A stretch of 64,000 bases of DNA. Source: Lama guanicoe (taxonomy: Eukaryota). The notes under the pieces were generated by a model. It had not been told where the DNA came from, did not search any database, and saw only the letters and a program-made list of their open reading frames with translations. Positions 24,894-36,272 of this stretch are shown here, piece after piece. The stretch is taken from positions 124,001 to 188,000 of the forward strand of contig MU053754.1 of NCBI GenBank assembly GCA_013239625.1, read 5' to 3'. Within the stretch, counting starts at the first letter, position 1. The number at the start of each line of letters is the position of its first letter. Position numbers and translations under genes: made by a program.

Positions 24894-25573
24894 CTGGAAT
24901 CTGTCTTTTTTTTTTTTTTTGTAATTTTTGTTGGGGGGGAGGTAATTAGGTTTGTTTATTTATTTATGTATTTATTTATTTTGGATGGAGGTGCTGGGGA
25001 TCGAACCCAGGACCTCGTGCATGCTAGGCAGACACTCTACCACAGAACTATACCCTCCCCGCTGGAATCTGTCTTTATTTTTTGTAATTTTTGTTGGGGG
25101 AGAGGTAATTAGGTTTGTTTATTTATTTATGTATTTATTTATTTTGGATGGAGGTGCTGGGGATCGAACCCAGGACCTCGTGCATGCTAGGCAGACACTC
25201 TACCACAGAACTATACCCTCCCCGCTGGAATCTGTCTTTATTTTTTGTAATTTTTGTTGGGGGAGAGGTAATTAGGTTTGTTTATTTATTTATGTATTTA
25301 TTTATTTTGGATGGAGGTGCTGGGGATCGAACCCAGGACCTCGTGCATGCTAGGCAGACACTCTACCACAGAGCTATTCCCTCCCCGCTGGAATCGCTCT
25401 TTTTTTTTGTTTGTTTGGTAATTTTTGTTGGGGGAGAGGTAATTAGGTTTGTTTATTTATTTATGTATTTATTTATTTTGGATGGAGGTGCTGGGGATCG
25501 AACCCAGGACCTCGTGCATGCTAGGCAGACACTCTACCACAGAGCTGTACCCTCCCCACTGGAATCTGTCTTT
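24894..25573 (-). repeat. Tandem array of four vic-1 SINE copies, unit = TSD + SINE (168/163/163/171 bp), closed by a fifth TSD
   Basis: ctggaatc(tgtcttt) starts at 24894, 25062, 25225, 25388 and 25559. Each interval holds a near-identical SINE sharing private variants (ggatcgaaccc, ctaggcagacactctaccacag). Confidence 0.96.
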
Positions 25574-26250
25574 AAACACACAGCAGGTCTCACTCAAGGG
25601 CCCAAACTCTCATGCCAACTTGATTCCACTCTGGGGGAAAGGGCTCAGAGCCCTGGCCTCATGCCTGGTGGGTGTGCAGCCTCCTTCAGAGGAAGGACAG
25701 AACCAATCCCGGCGGCTGACACAGAACCTAAGATCCATGTCTGCGATTATGCAAATCCATCCGATGTTGACACAAACAGAAGCTACCGACTGTTGCTGTA
25801 GGACTTTGCATTTGAATACTTGAGAGTCCTCTTCTCTGTTTATGGCTACCTTTGTTCCTCTGCTTCCTCCGAAGCCCTTTCCAGCTAATTGGCTTTCCTT
25901 GTACTGTAATCTGACATCAGAGAATAACTCGAGTACAAATTGCCCCACTTCTCAAGAAACGTGCGCTACCATATAATTGAAACTGTTTCAAGTCTTTTGC
26001 AAAGCTATTATGAAGCACTCGGTCTGAGTCTATTTTTATTTATTGCTGGGACTGGCTCGTCTCTTTAAGAGCCTCCCTGTGTCCCCAACAGGGGGAGGGG
26101 GTCCTTTTGCAGGAGAAAAGAGCAGAGATACCTGCAGTGTGACTGAGGGTGGAAAAGCCTTCCTTCCTTGATACAAATGGGAGTGCAGCTTTAAAGACAG
26201 TTTCGTTGGTGCCTAGAATTGGTCACAAGCAGTCTATAATGAGTGATGGG

Positions 26251-26376
26251 AGGGGGAAGTTAGAGCTCAAGTGGTAGAGCTCATGCTCAGCATACACAAG
26301 GTCCTGGGTTCAATCCCCAGCACCTCCTCTAAAAATAAATAAATTAATTATCTCCCCTCACCAAAAAAAAAAAAAA
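26251..26376 (+). mobile_element. vic-1-type SINE (GCTCAAGTGG variant)
   Basis: agagctcaagtggtagagctcatgctcagcatacacaaggtcctgggttcaatccccag plus A tail. TSD gagtgatggg at 26241-26250 and 26377-26386. Confidence 0.93.
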
Positions 26377-26419
26377 GAGTGATGGGGACAAGGTCACTGA
26401 CAAGGCCCTTCCTCTATGG

Positions 26420-26668
26420 TACCAGCTGAGTTACATCTCCCTAAAATTCATCAGGACCGCAAAATAATAAGATTGTATTTGGAGATGGGGTCCCTAAAAA
26501 GGTAATGAAGTCCTAGCCCTAATGCTGGGTGTCCTTATGAGAAGAGGACACTGGGACACAGACATGCACAGAAGTGATGAAAAAAATATCCATAAGGAAA
26601 TAAATGTCTGTTTGTTAAATCCTTCAGTCTGTGACATCTGGTTGTGGCAGCCGAAGCAAAGTGATGCC
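26420..26668 (+). mobile_element. MaLR LTR, internally deleted (MLT1B-like)
   Basis: ctaaaattcat...tgtatttggagatggggtc...gtgtccttatgagaagagga...gacacagacatgcacag...aataaatgtctg...gttgtggcagcc. Confidence 0.7.
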
Positions 26669-26831
26669 CTGTGAAAGGGCACTTGTCATGTGTGCGGGCA
26701 CCCGTGTGCGCGTGCGTGCATGCTGCGTCTGCATGTCCTTCGGGTAAACCCAGAGGACTGATGCACACCTGCCCGCTGATGAAGTGAGGAGAAGGACCTC
26801 GAGGTCGTCATGGCTTGGCACCGTGAGGCAC

Positions 26832-27456
26832 GGTGGAAGGCAGAAGGACGGCTGCCTGCCCAATGAGTCCCACGCCCTTATTCCCAGCACCTGGGAAGAC
26901 GTTGCATCCCACGGCAAAAGGGACTTTGCAGATGTGATTAAAGCCACTGGCCTTCAAGTAGGGAGATTATCCTGGATTATCTGAATGGGCTCTTTTGAAT
27001 CTCTTGATCTCTTTAAAGTCCGGACCCGAAGGCAGAAATGTCAGTCAGAGACATACAGCAGCAGCAGAAGAGGAAGAAATACAGAGGCGTGAGAAGGAAG
27101 CCAGGCGTCCTCGGTGCTTCTGAGATGCAGGCGACTTCATTCCAGGACCCAAGAGGTGCCTCTAGGTGGGAAGTGTGGCCAGAAAGACAACAGGGATCTC
27201 CGTCCTGCAACTGCAGGGGCCTGGATTCTGCCAACCAGCGGAATGAGCTCGGATAGGGACCCTCCCCAGAGGCTCCAGATAAGAACCCAGCCCGGTGTGC
27301 ACCTTAATGTCACCCTTGGGAGACCCTGAGCAGAGAACTTCATGGAGCCTCCTGGACTTGTGACCCTCAAAGCCATCAACTAGTACACGGGCACTGTTTC
27401 AGTGAAGCTGCTCAATCTTCAGTGATCTGTTACAGCCGTGGTGGGGAACTAATACA
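26832..27456 (+). mobile_element. MaLR LTR (MLT1D/E-like)
   Basis: ggcaaaagggactttgcagatgtgattaa...gggagattatcctggattatc...ctggattctgccaac...gagaccctgagcagagaac...aactaataca. Confidence 0.85.
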
Positions 27457-29163
27457 GCTACATGGCACCGTGAATTCGGATCTCTGCCTGCTGACCCCCG
27501 GTGACTCTGAGCCTTATCCCACCAGATGGGGTCTTCGGAGCAGCAGCATGGGCATCCCTTGGGGCTTGTGAGGAGCACAGAACTTGGACCTGGGGGATCA
27601 CAACCTGCATTTGGACAAGACGCCCTGGGCGTCTGTGGGCCACGCAGCTCCGACCTCTGCCCGTTCAGAGATCCGACCACAATGACAGGACTTATTTCTT
27701 AGGGTGCGTTCTTTTGTATTTAACCACATTGTGAGAGGTTTCCAACATTCTGTTGAGAAAATAAATCTTTCAGCTTCACCCCGGTTGTAGACTGTCTCTG
27801 AAACCTGACCTATTTGAAGCGCTGTTTGAATAGATGTAATTCACGTGGTCTGTTTCACGGACGGCAGATCTGTTCCTGCGGGAGTGACGGGAACCTTCCT
27901 GTGATCCAAACCGACTTCAGCCCGACTCTTGGCATTTTCCCTTTCAGGCTCTCTTCTCGGTGAGCGTTAATCCAGGCAGAGCCGGCCAGCAGCTGTTCCA
28001 CAGGAGTGATGCCAAGATGAGAAGTTGGAGAGTATCAGACATTTATAAAACTGCGTCAGTATCCTCCATTTCATCATGGAAACCTGTCCTCTTCCTGAAG
28101 TCTCTCTCTCTGTCTCTGCCTCTTGTCAGCTGGTGGAGTTTATTATCCTCTGAATCCAGCCAGCCTCTCCTCCCTTTGCCAACTTCTTAAACCCGGAGTG
28201 ATGGCCATTCATTGACAGCTGCTCTGGGGAACTGGTGGGCATGTTAATCACTGCAGCTTCTTTCCTCTCTGCCTTCTGTCGCCTTTAGAAGACTCTGTGC
28301 CGTGCTTTCCCGCCCAGATCCTTGATGTCACCATCAGCAGTAGTCACCGTAATAGTAGTGTGGTCAGTCCCTGTTCTTATCCTGTGCGAGATGTTACGAG
28401 CTCAGATTTCCCCCCCACCCTTCAGTTTCGTCTTCTCCATTCACTACTGCACCGACTGGGCAGTTTAGCTTCTAACTATGCTCTCAAGCATCCTGATTGT
28501 GAAAGGTTCAGCGAAAATGCTGCCTTTACCTAGCATTTCAAGAGCTAGCATATTCCTAATGGTAGTTTCCTAGGGGCAAACCCAGATAGATGTCTTGAAT
28601 AAAAGCAAACTGACTGCAGCTCAATGAGTAAATGTGATGAGTAATTCGGGTAAATTTGGGATTAATCTATTGAACAAAAATGGCTGCTAGTGCATCGAGA
28701 GGAAACTCATTTGATATGAAATTATCCTATGATTTCAAATATTGTAAACTTCCTGCTGAATTTTTTTTGCACTAAACAACTGGTGTTGCTTAAATCATCA
28801 CGTTTATTAAAAATAGAAACCAAGAGTTACTAACATTTACTTAAAGTAGAAACCAGAGAGTTACTATGATGAAGAGGACTGGTCCTTTCGAGGTGGAGGT
28901 CCTGTTCTATGTATGATGATTGAAATAGACAAATATACAAGGTGCAACTTGTTGGAAACGCATCTTGGATGCGTTCAATGAAGACCGTGGCTGAAATGAG
29001 TGCTTCTGAGTACCCGTGGATGGAAAGTGGAGTCACCAGGCAGATTCAGATTATAGCACAATCAGAGATAAAAATATTTACGACTTGTCTACATCAAAAC
29101 ACAACAGTAAAGGAATGAGAAGGCCAGTTAGAGAGTTGGAGAAAGTTGTTGCAACGCATATCT

Positions 29164-29166
<3 letters not shown>

Positions 29167-29199
<33 letters not shown>
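29167..29199. repeat. (AT)n microsatellite
   Basis: About 16 perfect AT units. Confidence 0.95.
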
Positions 29200-29200
<1 letters not shown>

Positions 29201-29274
29201 CTAATTGAAAACCTAATTACATATATATATAAACCTAATTGAAAGATGGATGGAATAGGCACTTTAAAAAGAGA

Positions 29275-29346
29275 CTTCAGTGGTAAAGTGTGTGCTTGGC
29301 GTACGCAAGGTCCTGGGTTCAATCCTCTGTTAAGGTGGGAAAAAAA
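29275..29346 (+). mobile_element. Truncated vic-1-type SINE head
   Basis: cttcagtggtaaagtgtgtgcttggcgtacgcaaggtcctgggttcaatcc. The normal 3' part is absent. Confidence 0.7.
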
Positions 29347-29349
29347 GGA

Positions 29350-29725
29350 GATTGTCTAAATAACCAGTAAACATACTAAAAGCTTCCCAGGTTTATCAGT
29401 CATCAGGGAAAGACAAACTGAAACCACAGTGTGATACCACTATGCAACCACCAGCATCTGCTAAAATGAAAAAAGACAACTTCAAGTGTTGGTGGAGACA
29501 TGGAGCAACGGGAACTCCATCAGGGGGTATGAACTGGTAGCTGGGGAAATTGCTTGTCGGTCCTCACTTAAGTGGAATGTTTACCCTAAAAACTCAGCAG
29601 TTCCACACTTGGAAGTCCACACATTTTCTCACTGTCAACATGGAAAAGAAGAAAAATTTTTTTAACAGTACTGTTTATAAGCCCCTCAAACAAGGAGCAG
29701 CCCAAATGTTCATCCGTAATAAAGA
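29350..29725 (+). mobile_element. Old L1M ORF2 3' fragment
   Basis: agtcatcagggaaagacaaactgaaaccacagtgtgataccac...caagtgttggtggagacatggagcaacgggaactc...cccaaatgttcatc. Confidence 0.75.
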
Positions 29726-32139
29726 AGAGAAGGGAGCGTTCAGGAAGCCTTGATGAAGGCAGAGTCTTGTGGACCAGGTGGCGATGAGCTGAGTTTCATC
29801 CGTGGAGCGGTCTGAGTTGGCTCCTGCTCACGTCGGCACCATGCAGACTCCTTTAGTGCCACGTGCCTCTTGGCGCTCTGAGCTTGCCCGGCCGTGTCTC
29901 TGGTTAATCACTGGTCGGCTTCCCCCTGCCAAACCCAGTGCCCCACACAGACTGGATGCCTGTGAATCTGCGCACATGCGTGTCTACTGGCAGGAAAGTA
30001 AAACCGCTTCTCGGACAGTGGAAACACGGCCCGCTGTTTCTCCCCCTGAGGCTTATTCAAAGGGTCCTTTCACGTCTTGAAAAAAGGAGATTTAATTACA
30101 AGAGAGCATATCTTCCCTGTGAAATCTCTAACACTTTTGTGGGCTAATTGGATTTGGCCGCTGAGAAAGATGAATGGGCTTTGGAGAATGAGAATTGAAG
30201 GTCCCACCCCCATATTAAAAGGCTGGTGGTGAGAGGCACCTTGGACAGCGAAGTCCTTGGCCATGATCCTTGACCTCTGTTTACTTCTTCTAAGAGAGAG
30301 ACTCTTCAACATAGGACCCTCATTTCTGAAAACTTCTATTATTCTTCACAGTCTGTACGAAAGCCAGCTTTCTTTTAGAGGAAGAGGTGATAATGATCAC
30401 TGTTAAATAATGAAAGGGTAATAATGAAGAGCCTTGAGCTGTCTACTCTGGAGGTACGGAATTCACAGCCCTGGCATGAAAAACACACACACACACATAC
30501 ATTTATAAAGAAATCCTTTCAGAGAATACTTGTGCTTAATTTGAGGCATAAAAAAGCCTTTTTAAAAAAAGAAATCCTTACATAGAATCCTTGTGTTTAA
30601 TCTGCAGCTACAACCACGAGAACAGGGAATGAGGACATACATCTTGTCATGGGGTGAGCCCTTGTTCTCACATTTCCAGTCTCTGCACCCACCCTCTTCT
30701 CCGATGTGGTCGGCAGGGGTTTTACGACTTCTCCTCAATGTTCTACCCTTGAAAATACATTTCAAGACCTCACGTGCAGGGGGGGACCCTTTGTGGTTCT
30801 CCTGATCTGCTCTCAGTGGAAAGCAGGTGCAAGCTTAGCCCTGATTCTGGCTTGTTTCTGGAGTTGTTGGTTTGACGTGTGAGCCCAGGCAAGCGGGTGA
30901 ATCCTTGTGACCACTCGTGTAAGGAAGGTCCTCAACTAAAGGGTGTGACTCCATTCTCTTGACGTTGGGCTGCGGACTACTACCAAGGCCACCTGTCCCC
31001 TTTCGCCTTCTGTCCACACCCGGGCAAGCTGGTGGGGCGCCCAGGTGTCCCCGCCTTGCTCATGGTGGAAGGTTTAAACGGTGCAAGCTCCAGCCCCTGT
31101 GGAGGAACCCTCACCCCGGGCTCATGCCCTAACCTCATAAAGGCTCTAGTCTCCTTTCCCTGCTCTCTCGAGCCTTTTTATACCATACCAGAAAGCCTCA
31201 TCATGCAAGTGATAAACCTTTCCAAGCATTCTTGACGTTTGTGGCATCAACCATCTTGCTCTCTAAACCAAACTGTGGGTGGAAGGAGGGGGTCCAGCCA
31301 CCCTTGTGGAATGATTCTAGCAGACGCTCAGCCCCAGCCCCGAGCGATGCCATGGATGAGTCCAGGATCATTTTGCAAAGCAAGCAGAACTTTACTCCTT
31401 TGAGCCAAATAATGCGTTCACCCATCGATATTTGAATAACTTGCTTTTTATGGACTTTCCAATACTGATGTGTTTCATTTACTGCGCTCTCCTGAGATGC
31501 TGCCTCCGTGGGACTTTCAGCCTCAAGTGATTCTCTTGGCCTGTGAACTGACGAAGTGCCTTGGCCATCACTCTCTTAACAGATTACGGTCTTCCCTCTG
31601 TTACAGTTATGGGACACACCGCAGTGCTTGGGGCACGGCGGTTACCTGCTCTCTGTGGGACAGTACCTCACGCTGCGTGGAAGAGTGATTCTGCTTTGAG
31701 CCCCGAAAGCAAAGATGTGATAGGAGCTCAGTGCTGTTCATTTTATACCAAGAGTTTTTGAGGACACGTTTAAGAAGGCCCCTTGCTCCGTCCGTCCGCC
31801 ACATCCTCATACGCCCCCATGTACAAGAATGCACGTTCTCTTGTCCGCGAACACTGGACAGGCAAGAGAATGGGCCCTGAATATGGCATAACCAAATGTC
31901 TTCTAGAAATAACGGCCGTGCTAACTTCCTATTTATGGGAAGATGATGTGCAGTGGCCATTTGGCCAAGCTCACTGCAAGTAGTGGTTCAGATGTCCGTC
32001 ACAGGAACTTTATAAAGCGTATACCATTTTTAACCCCGTTGGGCAGATCTGTAGGTTGAGGATCCGTAGAGCTCAGGAGAGGTCGGGGTTATTATGTTGG
32101 TGAGCTGGGATGAGCCCTGGTGTTGACTGTAGACTCCCC

Positions 32140-32560
32140 TTGGTGGCAGTTCATTAGAGTCCAAGCTGGTTCCCAAAGTCCCACTCCCTCTTGCTCACAG
32201 CCTCCCTCCTTTGCTGGCTCTGAAGAAGTCAGCTGCCACGTCTCAGGGGCCCACATGGCGAGGAACTGAGGGCCATCTTCAGCCAACAGCCATTAACAAG
32301 CTGAGGCCTTCAGTCCTCTGGTTCACAAGGAGCTGGATTCCGCCGGCCACCATGTGAGCTTAGAAGAGAATGCTCCCCCATGTGACCCTCGGAGGAGAAC
32401 ACAGCTGTGGCCGACACCTTGATTTCAGGCTTAGAGCAGAACACCCAGCCAAGCCACGCCCAGATTCCGGATCCACAGGAACCCTGAGATGATGGACGTG
32501 AGCTGCTTGACGCCACTAAGCTTATGGTAATTTGTTGCACAAATATAGATAATTAATGCA
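32140..32560 (+). mobile_element. MaLR LTR (MLT1F-like), duplication copy 1
   Basis: ctggctctgaagaagtcagctgccac...cagccaacagcc...gacaccttgatttcag...cccagccaagccacgcccagattcc...taatttgttgcac. Confidence 0.8.
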
Positions 32561-32674
32561 AGAGGGTTAGTGTATTTAGAGAACAGCTTGACTCTCAGAG
32601 AGTCTTTTATCGCTGGCAGCTTCATGGCTGATCACTTTTTTTTCTTCTTCTTCTTCCCTCTCCATTCGTCTTAA

Positions 32675-32995
32675 AGTAGTGCTTCCTACATGCTTCTCAT
32701 CCTAAGGATAACCTTGGGGTGCTTGTGAAATGTGCAGAATTCTAACCTTTTAGGACTCAGTTAACTCGGTGCAGAGCCTTGAATTTCAGTCAGAGGCTTG
32801 TGGTTTCCTGTTGCGCAGGCAAGGCTGCAAAAAGCACTGTCAGAGATTGATGCGGTTGGACTTGACCTTGGTTGTAGTTTGGGCGCCTGTAGCATTCGGA
32901 GTGCCTCATCTGGGGTGAGGTCTGCCGCCTGGTAATTTTTTTTCAGAGCTTACTCGGGTGATTTTAATATGTAAACTCTGTATCAAGAACCGCCA
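32675..32995. mobile_element. MER5-type hAT fragments (also duplicated at +2324)
   Basis: accttggggtgcttgtgaaatgtgcagaattc and tctggggtgaggtctg...ctcgggtgattttaatatg...aagaaccgcc resemble MER5A/B. Confidence 0.5.
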
Positions 32996-33269
32996 AGAGC
33001 TCTATCGAACATACATGCTGCTTGTCTAATGGAGAAGAGGGATGGAGGCAGGTAATATTGTAGCAAATGTCTATTTTCCTACAAGACTGACTTCCTCAAA
33101 ACAAGATGGCCTGCTTCTCTTTCAAGTCCATTTTGTTAGTGACTCCTTCTGAAATTTCCCGACAGGTCAGCGTCATCGCACAGTGTTTGCTTGCGTGATT
33201 TTCCAAGTGACGAAATAAAAGCCACCAATGACAAGAACTGAAGGATTTCTTTTTATGTATATATATATA

Positions 33270-33556
33270 TATTTTTTTAAATTGAAGTACAGTCAGTTTA
33301 CAATGTTGTGTCACTTTCTAGTGTACAGCATAATGCTTCAGTCATACATGAACATACATATGTTCGTTTTCACATTCTTTTTCACCATAAGTTACTGCAA
33401 GATATTGAATATGTGCTGTACAGTAGGACCTTGTTGTTTATCTGTTTTATATGCAGTAGTTGGTATCTGCAAATCACAAACTGCCAATTTATCCCTCCCC
33501 CCCACCCTGGTAACCATAAGTTTATTTTGTATGTCTGAGTCTGTTTCTGTTTTGTA
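33270..33556 (-). mobile_element. L1 3'UTR cut by the duplication junction
   Basis: ttttttaaattgaagtacagtcagtttacaatgttgtg...gagtctgtttctgttttgta, then an abrupt switch to the start of copy 2. Confidence 0.9.
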
Positions 33557-34463
33557 TGACGTTTGTGGCATCAACCATCTTGCTCTCTAAACCAAACTGT
33601 GGGTGGAAGGAGGGGGTCCAGCCACCCTTGTGGAATGATTCTAGCAGACGCTCAGCCCCAGCCCCGAGCGATGCCATGGATGAGTCCAGGATCATTTTGC
33701 AAAGCAAGCAGAACTTTACTCCTTTGAGCCAAATAATGCGTTCACCCATCGATATTTGAATAACTTGCTTTTTATGGACTTTCCAATACTGATGTGTTTC
33801 ATTTACTGCGCTCTCCTGAGATGCTGCCTCCGTGGGACTTTCAGCCTCAAGTGATTCTCTTGGCCTGTGAACTGACGAAGTGCCTTGGCCATCACTCTCT
33901 TAACAGATTACGGTCTTCCCTCTGTTACAGTTATGGGACACACCGCAGTGCTTGGGGCACGGCGGTTACCTGCTCTCTGTGGGACAGTACCTCACGCTGC
34001 GTGGAAGAGTGATTCTGCTTTGAGCCCCGAAAGCAAAGATGTGATAGGAGCTCAGTGCTGTTCATTTTATACCAAGAGTTTTTGAGGACACGTTTAAGAA
34101 GGCCCCTTGCTCCGTCCGTCCGCCACATCCTCATACGCCCCCATGTACAAGAATGCACGTTCTCTTGTCCGCGAACACTGGACAGGCAAGAGAATGGGCC
34201 CTGAATATGGCATAACCAAATGTCTTCTAGAAATAACGGCCGTGCTAACTTCCTATTTATGGGAAGATGATGTGCAGTGGCCATTTGGCCAAGCTCACTG
34301 CAAGTAGTGGTTCAGATGTCCGTCACAGGAACTTTATAAAGCGTATACCATTTTTAACCCCGTTGGGCAGATCTGTAGGTTGAGGATCCGTAGAGCTCAG
34401 GAGAGGTCGGGGTTATTATGTTGGTGAGCTGGGATGAGCCCTGGTGTTGACTGTAGACTCCCC

Positions 34464-34884
34464 TTGGTGGCAGTTCATTAGAGTCCAAGCTGGTTCCCAA
34501 AGTCCCACTTCCTCTTGCTCACAGCCTCCCTCCTTTGCTGGCTCTGAAGAAGTCAGCTGCCACGTCTCAGGGGCCCACATGGCGAGGAACTGAGGGTCGT
34601 CTTCAGCCAACAGCCATTAACAAGCTGAGGCCTTCAGTCCTCTGGTTCACAAGGAGCTGGATTCCGCCGGCCACCATGTGACCTTAGAAGAGAATGCTCC
34701 CCCATGTGACCCTCGGAGGAGAACACAGCTGTGGCCGACACCTTGATTTCAGGCTTAGAGCAGAACACCCAGCCAAGCCACGCCCAGATTCCGGATCCAC
34801 AGGAACCCTGAGATGATGGACGTGAGCTGCTTGACGCCACTAAGCTTATGGTAATTTGTTGCACAAATATAGATAATTAATGCA
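34464..34884 (+). mobile_element. MaLR LTR (MLT1F-like), duplication copy 2
   Basis: Same sequence as 32140-32560, offset by 2324. Confidence 0.8.
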
Positions 34885-35593
34885 AGAGGGTTAGTGTATT
34901 TAGAGAACAGCTTGACTCTCAGAGAGTCTTTTATCGCTGGCAGCTTCATGGCTGATCACTTTTTTTTCTTCTTCTTCTTCCCTCTCCATTCGTCTTAAAG
35001 TAGTGCTTCCTACATGCTTCTCATCCTAAGGATAACCTTGGGGTGCTTGTGAAATGTGCAGAATTCTAACCTTTTAGGACTCAGTTAACTCGGTGCAGAG
35101 CCTTGAATTTCAATCAGAGGCTTGTGGTTTCCTGTTGCGCAGTCAAGGCTGCAAAAAGCACTGTCAGAGATTGATACGGTTGGACTTGACCTTGGTTGTA
35201 GTTTGGGCGCCTGTAGCATTCGGAGTGCCTCGTCTGGGGTGAGGTCTGCCGCCTGGTAATTTTTTTTCAGAGCTTACTCGGGTGATTTTAATATGTAAAC
35301 TCTGTATCAAGAACCGCCAAGAGCTCTATCGAACATACATGCTGCTTGTCTAATGGAGAAGAGGGATGGAGGCAGGTAATATTGTAGCAAATGTCTATTT
35401 TCCTACAAGACTGACTTCCTCAAAACAAGATGGCCTGCTTCTCTTTCAAGTCCATTTTGTTAGTGACTCCTTCTGAAATTTCCCGACAGGTCAGCGTCAT
35501 CGCACAGTGTTTGCTTGCGTGATTTTCCAAGTGACGAAATAAAAGCCACCAATGACAAGAACTGAAGGATTTCTTTTTATGTATATATATATA

Positions 35594-36272
35594 TATTTTT
35601 TTAAATTGAAGTACAGTCAGTTTACAATGTTGTGTCACTTTCTAGTGTACAGCATAATGCTTCAGTCATACATGAACATACATATGTTTGTTTTCACATT
35701 CTTTTTCACCATAAGTTACTGCAAGATATTGAATATGTGCTGTACAGTAGGACCTTGTTGTTTATCTGTTTTATATGCAGTAGTTGGTATCTGCAAATCA
35801 CAAACTGCCAATTTATCCCTCCCCCCCACCCTGGTAACCATAAGTTTATTTTGTATGTCTGAGTCTGTTTCTGTTTTGTAAGTAAATTTGTTTGCCTTTT
35901 TTTTTTTTTTNNNNNNNNNNNNNNNNNNAGATTCTGCATATAAGTGATCTCATATGGTATTTTTCTTTCTCTTTCTGGTTTACGTCACTTAGAATGACAT
36001 TCTCCAGGAGCATCCATGTTGCTGCAAATGGTGTTATGCTGTCGGTTTTTATGGCTGACTAATATTCCATTGTGTATACATACCACATCTTTATCCAGTC
36101 ATCTGTTGATGGACACTAAGGCAGTTTCCATGTCTTGGCTATAGTGCTGCTATGAACACTGGGGTGCAGGTGTCTTTTTGAAGTAGGGCTCCTTCTGGGT
36201 ACATGCCCAGGAGTGGGATTGCTGGATCCTAGGGTAAGTCTATGTTTAGTCTTTTGAGGACTCTCCATACGG
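35594..36272 (-). mobile_element. Camelid L1 3' end spanning an assembly gap
   Basis: 3'UTR at 35594-35910, N gap, then the ORF2 end (agattctgcatataagtg...catccatgttgctgcaaatgg...cccaggagtgggattgctggatc...tttgaggactctccatac). Confidence 0.88.
35911..35928. other. Assembly gap (18 N)
   Basis: Run of n following a poly-T tract. Confidence 1.

Larger units (their letters stand above)
31233..35880. repeat. Direct tandem duplication, 2 x 2324 bp (31233-33556 and 33557-35880)
   Basis: Both copies start tgacgtttgtggcatcaacc and end ctgtttctgttttgta. Duplicated ORFs in the track are offset by 2324. About 9 substitutions and no indels seen. Confidence 0.97.

Noticed and set aside
24894..25573. CRISPR-like repeat-spacer appearance (15-bp repeat x5)
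   Set aside because: The apparent spacers are near-identical SINE copies, the DNA is mammalian, and there are no cas genes.
24810..25823. Repetitive ORFs up to 228 aa (MEVLGIEPRTSCML... repeats)
   Set aside because: These are antisense translations of the tandem SINE array. The same peptide appears at every SINE copy.
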